The translations under genes and the position numbers were made by a program. A DNA stretch of 64,000 bases, taken from IMG/VR virus record IMGVR_UViG_2821904334_000002; one strand, written 5' to 3'. The DNA is from an uncultured virus (IMG/VR IMGVR_UViG_2821904334_000002). Its lineage: Duplodnaviria; Heunggongvirae; Uroviricota; Caudoviricetes. Below the pieces are notes generated by a model. It was given only the letters and a program-made list of their open reading frames with translations, did no database searches and had not been told where the DNA came from. Positions 36,455 through 47,196 of this stretch are shown here, one piece after another. Positions within the stretch are counted from its first letter, which is position 1, and every line of letters begins with the position of its first letter.

Positions 36455-37333
36455 TTGGAAAAGACAGCAAACTTTCCTCACAAAGCGCTGAAATTCTTGA
36501 TGGCATTTATAATGATGTTATCAATCGGTGCATCGTTTATGGTTGCGCCAAACTTGGCATCAGCCGATAACCGAATTGGTTCTACTGCAAACTCTAGTAG
36601 CGATGGTTCACAAGGGCGTTTACGTTCTTCTGTAGATGGCGCTATTGCAGACAAGTCTTACATTGCTAAGACTGGTGACACTATCCGTGGTACAGAGTTA
36701 GTTAAAAATGGTGTTACAACTGACCGTTTCGTAGAGTTAACCTCTAAAGAACAACAGAAGTTAATCAACGATATGGCAGGAGCAGTATCTAAGCAACAAG
36801 CAAAAGATAAAGAAAACAACACTACAAACCCAGTAACGTCTGATACAGCTACTAACTGGTTAAAAGAATTACAACAACGTCCAGGCGTTGGTGCTAAACT
36901 TTTAGGTAACATCACTGAACAGTTGAAGCCAGACTACGTTAAAGCTAACCGTATCTTCCAACCGTTCGCTGGACCTATGAACACAGCTATCGCACTTATG
37001 GCTATCATAACTATCTTCGGGATAGTGTTCACTTTCGCTATCGACTTAGCATTCCTAAACGTTCCTATGTTCCAAGCATGGGTAACTAGTGCAGGAGAAG
37101 GTCAAGGTGGAGGTCGTAAAGGAAACTTCTTCGTTTCTCGTGAAGCAATGGCTTCTCTTGAAGAGTCAGAAGGAGGAAGTAACGGTAAATCTAAGAACCA
37201 AAACGGTATTTATATCAAGAAACGTTTCATTGGTATGATGTTGTTAGGTGTCTGTCTGTTATACTTAATCCAAGGTCAAATCATGATTCTTGTGGGTATG
37301 TTAATGGACTTACTAGCAGGATTCTTAGAGTAG
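36455..37333 (+). CDS. exported membrane protein, pilin-like paralog 2
   Basis: signal peptide ending ASA; IFQPF..AIDLAFLNVPMFQ..YIKKR followed by a TM; highly-expressed codon bias. Confidence 0.75.
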   Translation: MEKTANFPHKALKFLMAFIMMLSIGASFMVAPNLASADNRIGSTANSSSDGSQGRLRSSVDGAIADKSYIAKTGDTIRGTELVKNGVTTDRFVELTSKEQQKLINDMAGAVSKQQAKDKENNTTNPVTSDTATNWLKELQQRPGVGAKLLGNITEQLKPDYVKANRIFQPFAGPMNTAIALMAIITIFGIVFTFAIDLAFLNVPMFQAWVTSAGEGQGGGRKGNFFVSREAMASLEESEGGSNGKSKNQNGIYIKKRFIGMMLLGVCLLYLIQGQIMILVGMLMDLLAGFLE

Positions 37334-37395
37334 GTTTTACGTTAAGACTGAGTATAATCTCAATCAAAACAAAAACAATCATTCATAACAATTGT

Positions 37396-37431
37396 GAGGT
37401 GTTTAGGGGTAACCTTAAACACCTTACTTTT
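37396..37431 (+). terminator. intrinsic terminator
   Basis: GAGGTGTTTAGGG-GTAA-CCTTAAACACCTT followed by ACTTTT. Confidence 0.7.
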
Positions 37432-37453
37432 AGCTTAAAAACGAGGTGTTAAG

Positions 37454-38263
37454 ATGGTTGCACAAAACAAAGCAATCAACTCTAGATTACTTGTAGTAGT
37501 TCTTCTACTTGTTTCACTGTTAGGGGTATATAATCCCGTAACGGCAAATGCAGTCTCTAACCCTTATATCTTACTAGATAGTGATAAAGGGGTAGATTCA
37601 GTAGTAGAGTCAGTAAACTCCAAGTCGCAATCCTTCCCTGATTATGGATTCAAATTATTAATTCAAGATAAGAAAGACCCAAAGAAAGTTGAAATTGATA
37701 AGGTAAACTACCAAAAACTATCTACTGAGGATAAGAAAGAATTAATGAAACAAACCTTTACAGAAGTCGAAAACAGTAGTATGGGTGGTCGTGACCGTTC
37801 AAGACTATATAACTTCATTGAAGAACAAGATGAAGGAACAGCATCAGCGGTTAGACATTTATCTACAAATGTAACGACTGACTTTGTATCAGCTAACGAA
37901 ATATTTAGACCGTTTACAAGTCCAATCAGTACATTTTTAGGTTTAGCGTGTATTGTTATATTCTTCATGTTAGCGGTAGCTATTACAGTAGACATATGTT
38001 TCCTATCAATACCTATGTTCCAAGCCTTTGTAATGAGAAATGACAAAGACAGACCTTCTTATATTTCACAAGAAGCATGGGATAGCTTATTAATTGCCGA
38101 ATCAAACTTAGGAACTGGTGATTATAGCTTATGGGGTACGTATTTAAAGAACCGAACAAAGACAATGGTCTTAGTTGGTTTAACTTTGGGGTATCTAATA
38201 GCAGGTCAAATGTTTGATTTAGCTATATTCATAGTAGACGTGTTTACAAATGCACTATCTTAG
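37454..38263 (+). CDS. exported membrane protein, pilin-like paralog 3
   Basis: signal peptide ending ANA; IFRPF..TVDICFLSIPMFQ..YLKNR followed by a TM. Confidence 0.75.
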   Translation: MVAQNKAINSRLLVVVLLLVSLLGVYNPVTANAVSNPYILLDSDKGVDSVVESVNSKSQSFPDYGFKLLIQDKKDPKKVEIDKVNYQKLSTEDKKELMKQTFTEVENSSMGGRDRSRLYNFIEEQDEGTASAVRHLSTNVTTDFVSANEIFRPFTSPISTFLGLACIVIFFMLAVAITVDICFLSIPMFQAFVMRNDKDRPSYISQEAWDSLLIAESNLGTGDYSLWGTYLKNRTKTMVLVGLTLGYLIAGQMFDLAIFIVDVFTNALS

Positions 38264-38301
38264 AAAGATTGGCTTTAGACTGTAGCCAGTCTTTTTATTT
38301 T
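38264..38301 (+). terminator. intrinsic terminator
   Basis: AAAGATTGGCT...AGCCAGTCTTT followed by a T-run. Confidence 0.8.
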
Positions 38302-38347
38302 GCCTAAAATAAACTAGTAAACTGATACTAGTACTCTATAAACAGTA

Positions 38348-38376
38348 TTGACAAATGAATGAATTTATGGTATAAT
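38348..38376 (+). promoter_or_regulatory. sigma-A promoter heading the transfer operon
   Basis: TTGACAAATGAATGAATTTATGGTATAAT. Confidence 0.85.
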
Positions 38377-38671
38377 AGTAGTATGAGTTGTAGGAAAGAT
38401 TTGGTAGACTCATAGGTAAAACACTATATACGTTTAAAGTAGCTAGATGAGGTAGTATTAGTTAATAACTTGTTTGGCGTAGCAGAACAGATATATAGTG
38501 TTGTAAGTGTTTAAGGAGTATATAGTGTTAAAGTAAAGATAACCTTAATAAACACAGTCCTGTCTTTTATATTACACCTTGAGATATAAGAGACACATAG
38601 GGCAATGGTCGTGAGACTAATCTGAACCGATAGTAGGTGATAGACATAGAAAATCAAGGTGGTGTAAGTAA

Positions 38672-41600
38672 TTGTTTAAGAAGATACGATATAAGAAACA
38701 AAAGAAATTGGATAAACTATCAGCGGAAAACGATATAGTTTTTAATCCAACTTCGAGAAAACAAAAGAGACATGGTATAAGAAACAAGTTAGTGTTCAGC
38801 GTATTGTCATTGTCATTATTTTTACCTATGCTAGAGCCATTAACTGCATTTGCCGACCCCACAACGGGAGGGCAAACTCAGCAACCCCAAACTACCACAC
38901 CTCAAGACCCGAATTCAGGTGGTGGACAACCTCAACAACCAAATGGTGGAGGTCAGCAACCACAACAGCCGGGCGGTAACGGTACTGGTACAGGAGAAAA
39001 CTCAAATGATGCTCGTAAAAACAATGTAACCGTAGGTAAGATGGCTACATTAGGGGTATCGAGTGAGCAAGGTTATAAAGCTGATATGAGCAGTTTATCA
39101 GGGAATGAGTTAAGAACTTTAGGTGTATTTATCTCAAACTATTATGTTCCGTTTAGCACCCAAGTGGGTAACGTAAAAGATGAGAAAGACTCAAAAGAAG
39201 TCCAAGATAGTATCGTAAAAGCGTTGACTGAAACGAATGCATTCGAAAAAGGTATTGCTGAAAAGATATCTAAAGTTGTAACGAATGCAAGTAAACAGAG
39301 TGTTCAACCTTTATACTTTGCACAATCGAAGGATGGAGAGAATTTCGAAGCGGTAGACGGTGGTAATGGTAAGAAAGGTAAACATGCTACATTCTACGAA
39401 TTCTTAGACCAAATTAGCGGTTATGCATACAAACGTTCCAATGAGTTGCCTTATCCTGATATCAAAGATGGGGTAGACAAGAATGGCGATAAAATGGTAT
39501 CTGCCTATAAAGGTAGTGTTTGGAATTATGACCCTAACTCTAAGAAAAACGAAGGTGCATTATATTGGGGTAGTGGAGACAAGGTAGACAAGAGTCATAT
39601 CATGTTTAACTGGAATCCAACTAGTAGTGAAGGTGGAGGTCAAACCGCTTCTCAAACGGTAATGGCTGAAATTTATAAATACTTAGACCCTGAAAATAGT
39701 GTTGGTACTTCATTCTTAGACTACACGGAAAAAGAACGTGGTAAAGGTTCTAAAGGTGAAACAGTTACTAAGATGTTAGAGGAAGAGAAGTTTAAGAAAG
39801 ACTCATCAATTGAAGCTATCTATAAACGCTCAATGTACGACTGGAAAATGTATGTGGATGCTATCGGTAATATCTTAGTAGACACAGGTAAGCGTCAGTA
39901 TGTTGTAGTTCCTGCCGCAATGAACCCTTTCATCTTCAAGAAGAAAGAAACAGATGGCGGTGGTAAAGAGTTAGACTTCGGACGTGCAGTTCCTATCAAT
40001 AACTTCGTTTCATTAGCATTAGCTAGTAAAGGAAACCTTGTAACTGGTAAGCCTACGCAACATACAGCGTATTTCAATTTAGGAAACATCTATGATAAGT
40101 TTTCTAAAGATACAAAGTATAAGCAACCGGCATTATATAAATTCCCTGGCTCAAAAGATGTAGACTGGACAGAGAAACAGAGTTGGTCAGATACAGGTAC
40201 AACTTTATCTGAGGGTTTATTAGACTCATTAACTACACAGTTTGCAATAAATAGCTATGGTGTAAAAGGAGATAAAGATTGGGGTAAGTGGTTAAAACGT
40301 ACTACTGAAAGTTTCTCTGTAAACAAAGGTAATGATATCCAAAGTTATGACCACGATAAACTTACAAAAGAGAAAACTTTCCCATTCTCATTCAACACAA
40401 ATGAGTTAAATGGTAACGATGCAATCTACGCCCCACGTAGTGGTTTAAATTCAAAACCCGGTCATTTCATCATCGGAGACTTAGTAGCCTTTGATAACTT
40501 GGGTGCATTAAATACAACTACTACACAACCCGCTCAACCACAAGAAGGTCAGCAACAAGGTGGAGACCAAGCACAACAGCAACAACCACAACAAACTCCA
40601 TCGGCTGATACAAGTAGTGATGGTAAGCCTTTAACGTTAGATTCTTACAAGAAGAACTATAAAGCAATTGCTGATAAAGGTCATGAGGTTATCAAACGTA
40701 CTCCTAATGCATTATGGGATAAGGATGGTAAACCTTTAATAGACTATAAAGATATTAGTTCTGACGGTGCTTTCGGTGATAAACTTTCACCTAAAATCAA
40801 CGAAGTAAGTGTAGCGAAAAACCAAATCGCACGAGATTATGGTGCTAACTTATTCGTAACGTATATGTTTGCGGCACTTGGAGGTAAAGAAGGGGTAGAC
40901 AAGGTTGGGTTCGAAATTGGATTCACTAGACTACCTACTTTCGATGGAAACCTAGCTTTAGAAGGTGCAGTAACAGAAGCGGATAAGAAAGCAGAAAAAG
41001 AAGCAAACGTAGACGAGTTAATGAATATGGCTTACTACTTCTTACATCCAACTGAAGGTATTTCTTACTTCTCACGTTGGGCTAAGACTAAAATCGGTGC
41101 TTTCTTTGTTGGTTGGCACAATGACATGACTGGTGCAAGTAACGCTCAAAACACAACTGGTTATACTAGGTATATAGGTTTTAACGGATTTACAACTATG
41201 CCTTCCTTATCAGACATGCAATGGACAGACTGGATGGTGAAAAGCTATCTAGACTGGGGTATCTATTTAATCATTTTCGTGGTAGTTATCATGATATTCT
41301 ATGTGGCTATCGGTGAAATAAGTATACAACGGGCAATATTGGGTGTCGGTATATTCTCCTTATGTTTATACCTACCACCAATAGCGATAAACTCTAGTGT
41401 AGAATTTACAAACTCTGTGAGTAACTCAATTTACGGTAAGAAGTTCTTATACTGGGGTATTGTTCAGCAACAAACGTATGCGAAGAAAATAGACGAAGTT
41501 GCGAAGAAAGGTGAAGAAGGTAAGTCAGACGATTATACAATCGGACTTATGAGATTACAGGGTGAAAACAATAAAGGTCTTTATGCAGATAATACCTCTA

Positions 41601-44182
41601 TTGGACGAACTGTAACTCTTAAATGGATGGCTCCGAAAAAGGATAACTATTTATACCAAATTGAACAAGAAATTAAAGGTTCAACTGGTAATATGAGTCC
41701 TATGTTCCAACGAGTTCTCAATAACACTTTAGCAGGTAATTTAAGTGGAGAACGTTATGTAGATTCAAACGAAGCGTTGTATTTATACAGAACATACACG
41801 GATATCGGTAACTATGCTCGTTATTACTACGGTAACTTAATGGGTGATAAAGTTTACGATACAGGCGCAGTGAATCATGATATTGGAGACACAAGTGCAA
41901 GTATGGGTAACGTAAATATGACAAGACAGTATGAGTCTTACATGCAAGGAACGAAGGAGAATTCTTTAACGGAACGTAAAGAGAAAGGGTTCATCAACGA
42001 TGAACAAGATGCTATTCATGGTGCTTCAACAGATAAAACGAAAGTGAAACGTCTGTATGCTCCATTATCTAGTGAACCTGTAGCTAAATCTTCTCAACAA
42101 AGAATTAGTAAAGTAAACGTAGGTGATGAAGTTGGTTTACGAAAAGAATACTTCAATACAACTGTTCGTAACTTCAATAACCACGGTCAATCTCTACAGG
42201 AACAGATAGCAGGTGGCTCTAGTGCAACATCTGAAAACCTAGCGAGTACGGCAAGTTTCGCATTGTTTACAGAGAGTCCTTTCTATTACTTCTCATGGTT
42301 CTTATATGATAATGGTATGAAGTTTGAATCAGGTAAACATGATACTTTCAGAAACTTAATGATGAAAGATAACGATTCATTCTTCTATAACTATAAGATT
42401 AAGAAAGAATCTTCGGGGTATGGAGAGTTAAAAGACTATATGGACATGGGTTCTATGTTCCATACAGTTATTCCATACTTACGAGAAGTAAACAAACCGT
42501 TAAAAGAATGGTCATCTATCTATGGTACAAAACCTTATCCTGAGATTCCAACTAAGGAAGAAGATTTTGCAAACCAAGGTGACAAGAATTCAGAAGAGTA
42601 TTATAAGTATTGGTTCAATATTAGTCTTGCAAGGTTATTTAACACATATACTCCTTGGGTAGACGCAATGTACGATACAGACTACGCTAAACCTGAGAAT
42701 ATCACGTATGGTGGTAAAAAGCAAACAATCATCGACCCTATTAACCCTAAGTCATATGAAATTAGACCAATGGTATTCAGTGAGTCAGAAATGGCTTACT
42801 ACGGTTTAAAAGATTATAACTTAACTACGGTTGAGAGTAAAATTATTAAAGTACAACGTCAAACACGTAATGACTTACTACGTTTGATGAATTACTATAA
42901 TTTCGATGATAATGTATTGAATCAAACAGCTTCAATGATTATGACTTTCAACTTTAATAAAGAATTCTCACAAGAAAACTTTATTACAGAAAGTTTCGTT
43001 CAATACCCACAAAGCTTTGAATTGAAAAACTTCTCGTATGATGCTTACCTACGTCTAATCTTAGCACAAACTACAGGTGAGACGATTACAGGTGATGATG
43101 GGAAACTATCAATCTATGATAGAGTAGTAGAGAAATCTAGTATTCTAACTGGTATCTTACTAGTGTTGGGTGATATCGTTGCAATTTATGGTATTCCAAC
43201 TATGAAGTTCGTATTCTTAGTTTTAGTGTTTGTATTATCAGTCGTGACGATATTCGTTAAGGCTTTAAGGGTAGAGATATCCTTTAGAAGAGTAGTTTGG
43301 CAAGCATTAGCGAAACCTTTAATACAATTTTGTGGTGTTACACTAGGTCATTCGCTAGTAATTTCATTCTTTATGTCAGAAGGTTTAACAGATGTAACTG
43401 GTAAGACTACCTACTCAATCGCATTAGGAGACCCAGTTATGACATTAGTAGTATTACTATTAATCAACATCGTAACCTTAGTTCTTTACTCATTCATCGT
43501 AATGGGACTTGTAAGAAGCTTAATTGTATACGGTAAACTTGCAGGTACGATTGTTGGGGGTATTGTTGCTTCAGCAGGAACATTCGCATCAGCTACCGCA
43601 GGTAAAGTTACAGGTAGCGTAAACGATAAGATGTTTGGATATGGTGGTTCAGAAGCAAACGGTAAATCCGCCCCATCTTCTACAAGCGCTCAAGCCGACC
43701 CTGAGACAAGAGGTTCTAGAAACGTAGAGCCTGAGTTATCAGTACAGGAAGACATGAGATATCGTAAAGCAAACGAGGAAGCTTATGGTTCAAAAGAGCG
43801 TCCTAAAGACAATACGAATGTAGAAGATATGATTAATAGGGGTAAAGAGAACTTCAAAGAATCTGAAAGAGAACGATATAAAGAACAAAGAAATTACTCA
43901 AATGACTTAAATGAGTATGACTTGAACGACATTGCAGAGAGTAGAAAACATACTCATAATCACACTCATAACCACGAGCATAACTATCAAGGTTCTGCCG
44001 ATGGCAGAGGTCGTGTTCCTGAGACTGAGTCATTAGATGAATTAGCGCAGAATAGAAGGGAAACTCAAACGAGTGATTTACAAAAACCTCATTCTAGCTC
44101 TAGAACTGATGCACAAAGAGAATTAGAACGCAAGAAAGCAGAAGCAGATGAAGTGAAAAAGAAATACAATCTAGACGACTAA
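38672..44182 (+). CDS. very large exported/polytopic membrane protein of the transfer locus (candidate channel component)
   Basis: 1836 aa; signal-like N-terminus; Q/P/G linkers; central TMs and a C-terminal cluster of about 4-5 TMs; first gene of the operon containing VirB4- and FtsK-like ATPases. Confidence 0.75.
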   Translation: MFKKIRYKKQKKLDKLSAENDIVFNPTSRKQKRHGIRNKLVFSVLSLSLFLPMLEPLTAFADPTTGGQTQQPQTTTPQDPNSGGGQPQQPNGGGQQPQQPGGNGTGTGENSNDARKNNVTVGKMATLGVSSEQGYKADMSSLSGNELRTLGVFISNYYVPFSTQVGNVKDEKDSKEVQDSIVKALTETNAFEKGIAEKISKVVTNASKQSVQPLYFAQSKDGENFEAVDGGNGKKGKHATFYEFLDQISGYAYKRSNELPYPDIKDGVDKNGDKMVSAYKGSVWNYDPNSKKNEGALYWGSGDKVDKSHIMFNWNPTSSEGGGQTASQTVMAEIYKYLDPENSVGTSFLDYTEKERGKGSKGETVTKMLEEEKFKKDSSIEAIYKRSMYDWKMYVDAIGNILVDTGKRQYVVVPAAMNPFIFKKKETDGGGKELDFGRAVPINNFVSLALASKGNLVTGKPTQHTAYFNLGNIYDKFSKDTKYKQPALYKFPGSKDVDWTEKQSWSDTGTTLSEGLLDSLTTQFAINSYGVKGDKDWGKWLKRTTESFSVNKGNDIQSYDHDKLTKEKTFPFSFNTNELNGNDAIYAPRSGLNSKPGHFIIGDLVAFDNLGALNTTTTQPAQPQEGQQQGGDQAQQQQPQQTPSADTSSDGKPLTLDSYKKNYKAIADKGHEVIKRTPNALWDKDGKPLIDYKDISSDGAFGDKLSPKINEVSVAKNQIARDYGANLFVTYMFAALGGKEGVDKVGFEIGFTRLPTFDGNLALEGAVTEADKKAEKEANVDELMNMAYYFLHPTEGISYFSRWAKTKIGAFFVGWHNDMTGASNAQNTTGYTRYIGFNGFTTMPSLSDMQWTDWMVKSYLDWGIYLIIFVVVIMIFYVAIGEISIQRAILGVGIFSLCLYLPPIAINSSVEFTNSVSNSIYGKKFLYWGIVQQQTYAKKIDEVAKKGEEGKSDDYTIGLMRLQGENNKGLYADNTSIGRTVTLKWMAPKKDNYLYQIEQEIKGSTGNMSPMFQRVLNNTLAGNLSGERYVDSNEALYLYRTYTDIGNYARYYYGNLMGDKVYDTGAVNHDIGDTSASMGNVNMTRQYESYMQGTKENSLTERKEKGFINDEQDAIHGASTDKTKVKRLYAPLSSEPVAKSSQQRISKVNVGDEVGLRKEYFNTTVRNFNNHGQSLQEQIAGGSSATSENLASTASFALFTESPFYYFSWFLYDNGMKFESGKHDTFRNLMMKDNDSFFYNYKIKKESSGYGELKDYMDMGSMFHTVIPYLREVNKPLKEWSSIYGTKPYPEIPTKEEDFANQGDKNSEEYYKYWFNISLARLFNTYTPWVDAMYDTDYAKPENITYGGKKQTIIDPINPKSYEIRPMVFSESEMAYYGLKDYNLTTVESKIIKVQRQTRNDLLRLMNYYNFDDNVLNQTASMIMTFNFNKEFSQENFITESFVQYPQSFELKNFSYDAYLRLILAQTTGETITGDDGKLSIYDRVVEKSSILTGILLVLGDIVAIYGIPTMKFVFLVLVFVLSVVTIFVKALRVEISFRRVVWQALAKPLIQFCGVTLGHSLVISFFMSEGLTDVTGKTTYSIALGDPVMTLVVLLLINIVTLVLYSFIVMGLVRSLIVYGKLAGTIVGGIVASAGTFASATAGKVTGSVNDKMFGYGGSEANGKSAPSSTSAQADPETRGSRNVEPELSVQEDMRYRKANEEAYGSKERPKDNTNVEDMINRGKENFKESERERYKEQRNYSNDLNEYDLNDIAESRKHTHNHTHNHEHNYQGSADGRGRVPETESLDELAQNRRETQTSDLQKPHSSSRTDAQRELERKKAEADEVKKKYNLDD

Positions 44183-44198
44183 AAGGAGGGTAAACCAT

Positions 44199-46331
44199 TT
44201 GATTGCTCTCGTGGTTGGTTTTATTCTTCCTTTGTTAGTTTGGATAGTTACATTACCTTTAAAGTTCGCATTGTATTTAGCTGAAAAATCGTTAGACGGT
44301 TCTAAAAGCTTCCTAACTAAAAAGTATAAGCAAATAAGTTCTAAGGAAAAAGATTATTTCCAAAAGAATGCAGGGAAAGGTAGCAAACTCGTAAGGTCAA
44401 CCGTTAAGGTTGGCTTTACTGCTACTAAGGTAGGTTTAAACGTAATGGTCAAGTCCATGAAACTTTTAGTAAAAGTAATCAGATGGACGATTCGAGTTTT
44501 AATTTGGCTTACGACTTTAGTATCTTTAGCCTACACTCTCCTTATCTTTGGCGCACTTGCGGCTATAATCGCCATAATCGCTTCTGTACAAACACTAGAC
44601 AAGAGTGGTGGTAATACAGACAGCGCAACACCGAATCAACAAGGTGGTGGCGGTGCAACTGGTATGGCAGACTACTTCTCCATTGATTGGGGACAAGATT
44701 TCAGTAAGCAACTGGATAAGATTGAAGCCGAGAAAGGGGTAGAAGCTAGGAACTGGACTGAGTTTACGATTATAGCAATGAATACAATGCAGAAAACCAA
44801 GAAAGACGGCAAAGCACAAATTGTCGTTGCAGGTTTCTTAAATGGGTTAAAAGCAGTAGAGACGGAACAAAAGTCTTTAACAAGTAAACCTCACTTAGCG
44901 AAACAAATGGTTAGATACGCACCCGGTGGAAACCTAGATACACCATTACAGTTTGATAATACACATTGGCATGAACTTTCACCATACTATAACGACTTAA
45001 AGTCAGAACGTGGACCGACTGGTTCAGCTTATTACTATCCAGACGGATTTTACGGTATCTCACAAAAGTTTAGTAAAGCAGGGGTAGAGGGATTCTTACC
45101 AAAACGTACTACACCGATTTACGAAAGAGCATTTAAAGACTTAGGTGTTGAAATGACTCCTGATAAGTTAAACTGGGTACGTTATGTTGGTAACATTACA
45201 AATCAATACAATGCAGTATTCCTTGAGAAAGGAAACTGGGTTCCGGGTCTAACCGCTGAACAATCAAACGATACAGTTTATGTAAACGCATTGATACTAA
45301 TCAAGTTTGGTGAAATGTATGGTTATAGTGTAAATGAGAAAACTGTTAACCTTTCTAAGTCAATGTATAAAGGAATGATTGGAGACGAGTATCAGAAATG
45401 GTTCTTAGATAAAGGTAAAATGATACAAGGTGCATACGGTATGATTGGTGGACATAAAAACTATCCTGCCGATATTAAGAACGGTCAAAGTTATGGTGTT
45501 ATCTCACCTGACGGACAAGCGCAACAAGGTACATTATTCTCTTATCTAAAAAGTCAGATGCCACCAAACATTCAACAAAACGTAGACAATAGTAGTGGTT
45601 TTAAAACATATAATGCATCTAGGGCGCACTATATGAGGGCTAGATATGATTTAACCGCTTTACTAACAGGGGTATACGATGTATTTTGGGCATCAAACGC
45701 CTTAGGCGTTACACCGCAACAGACTCAACAACCACAACAACCAAATGGTGGAGGTCAAACGAATCAATCATCAGCAATTGGTGATAAAATCGTAGCCCAA
45801 GCTAAGAAATACGCAGAAGACACAAGTGCTAGTCGTATAACTTATAGTTATGCAGGTATAGGTACTACACAAGACTGTTCTTCATTTGTAAACGGTATTT
45901 TACGTGAGTTGGGGTATGCGATTGATGGGAAAACATTAACTCCTGAGCCATTAGCAAACGGTAATTTCAACTATGTAAGGAATACAAGCCAAATGGTAGA
46001 CGCTGTTAGAAAGAAACCTGAGGTATTAGTTAAGTTAGACGGATATACTGGTACACAAGGTATTCCACGTTCAGTACTTGAACCTATCTTACAGCCAGGA
46101 GACATCCTATTAGCAGGTGACAGTGAGCGTAACCATACTGCAATTTATGTTGGTAGAAACTCAAAAGGTGATTATGTAACTATCGAATCCAAAACTAGTT
46201 ATCCACATCAATTCAGTAGTCATAGTGATGCAGAACTAACACAAGGGAAGTACGGTTTCGGATATGATAGAATCAGAGAAGGAAATACAAAATACAAGTA
46301 TTTAATTCGTATGGGTAATGTAATCAAGTAA
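44199..46331 (+). CDS. membrane-anchored cell-wall hydrolase with C-terminal NlpC/P60 domain (VirB1-like; similar to pXO16 TipB as recalled)
   Basis: QDCSSFV...LQPGDILL...NHTAIYVG catalytic Cys/His motifs; N-terminal TMs. Confidence 0.8.
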   Translation: MIALVVGFILPLLVWIVTLPLKFALYLAEKSLDGSKSFLTKKYKQISSKEKDYFQKNAGKGSKLVRSTVKVGFTATKVGLNVMVKSMKLLVKVIRWTIRVLIWLTTLVSLAYTLLIFGALAAIIAIIASVQTLDKSGGNTDSATPNQQGGGGATGMADYFSIDWGQDFSKQLDKIEAEKGVEARNWTEFTIIAMNTMQKTKKDGKAQIVVAGFLNGLKAVETEQKSLTSKPHLAKQMVRYAPGGNLDTPLQFDNTHWHELSPYYNDLKSERGPTGSAYYYPDGFYGISQKFSKAGVEGFLPKRTTPIYERAFKDLGVEMTPDKLNWVRYVGNITNQYNAVFLEKGNWVPGLTAEQSNDTVYVNALILIKFGEMYGYSVNEKTVNLSKSMYKGMIGDEYQKWFLDKGKMIQGAYGMIGGHKNYPADIKNGQSYGVISPDGQAQQGTLFSYLKSQMPPNIQQNVDNSSGFKTYNASRAHYMRARYDLTALLTGVYDVFWASNALGVTPQQTQQPQQPNGGGQTNQSSAIGDKIVAQAKKYAEDTSASRITYSYAGIGTTQDCSSFVNGILRELGYAIDGKTLTPEPLANGNFNYVRNTSQMVDAVRKKPEVLVKLDGYTGTQGIPRSVLEPILQPGDILLAGDSERNHTAIYVGRNSKGDYVTIESKTSYPHQFSSHSDAELTQGKYGFGYDRIREGNTKYKYLIRMGNVIK

Positions 46332-46401
46332 ACAGAACTCATAACTGATAAAGCGTAACGAAGTATAAAACCGAAGTAAATAGGTAAGAAAGTAAGAAAT
46401 T

Positions 46402-46430
46402 GGGTTGTCAAAAATGACAGCCCTTTTCTT
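46402..46430 (+). terminator. intrinsic terminator inside the transfer region
   Basis: GGGTTGTCA-AAAA-TGACAGCCC followed by TTTTCTT. Confidence 0.75.
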
Positions 46431-46584
46431 ATACAAACAAATAGTGTAGTCAGTCAGAAAAGTGGAGAGAATGAAAACAATACCGTATTGTAATATCATT
46501 TTAATATCAAAACAAAGTAGAATGAGTTAAAGTCAGAGGTCTATTAAACAAACGTAAATATTAGATGTATAAGGAGGTTAAATT

Positions 46585-47187
46585 ATGATTACGAAGGGTA
46601 AAAAGATATTAAAACTTGCTCTAATAAGCGGTACTGTTATAGGTTTCAGTGGGGTAGATGTTGCAAAAGCTGAACCAAACGGTATTGATATAGAGAAGCT
46701 ATATAAAACATATAATAACGAGAGAAACGCTAAGTTATCTATTCAAGGAATTGCTGAGAAATACGAGTTAAACGCAATTATGATGATAACAAAACAGAAA
46801 CAATGGAACATGTTTGGTCATAATGCAGAAGATTTAGGAGAAGACAATCAAGAAAACACTGTAACTGTCAACCCTGTGGGTAAATATGAGTCTAAAGAAG
46901 ATTTATTCTCTAAATTAGGTGCAAATCTCGAAGAACACAAAGTAAACTATAAGAAGTATCGAGAAGGTCAAGAAAAACCCGCTGAGGAACAAACAGAAGA
47001 AGATGTAATGATGAAGGTAGAGCCTTTAGACTACTTATCAGAAAGTGAAATCAGTATTGAGTATTTCTATGACTCTTCAAGAGACCAGTTATCACAGTTA
47101 ATTCGTGTCAAAACACCTGATAATGTATTCAGATGTACGGTTATATACGACCATGACGGATTAATTAAAAACTTCCTTGAAGTGTAG
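46585..47187 (+). CDS. secreted hypothetical protein
   Basis: AAGGAGGT RBS; signal peptide ending VAKA. Confidence 0.8.
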   Translation: MITKGKKILKLALISGTVIGFSGVDVAKAEPNGIDIEKLYKTYNNERNAKLSIQGIAEKYELNAIMMITKQKQWNMFGHNAEDLGEDNQENTVTVNPVGKYESKEDLFSKLGANLEEHKVNYKKYREGQEKPAEEQTEEDVMMKVEPLDYLSESEISIEYFYDSSRDQLSQLIRVKTPDNVFRCTVIYDHDGLIKNFLEV

Positions 47188-47196
47188 GAGGTAAAC

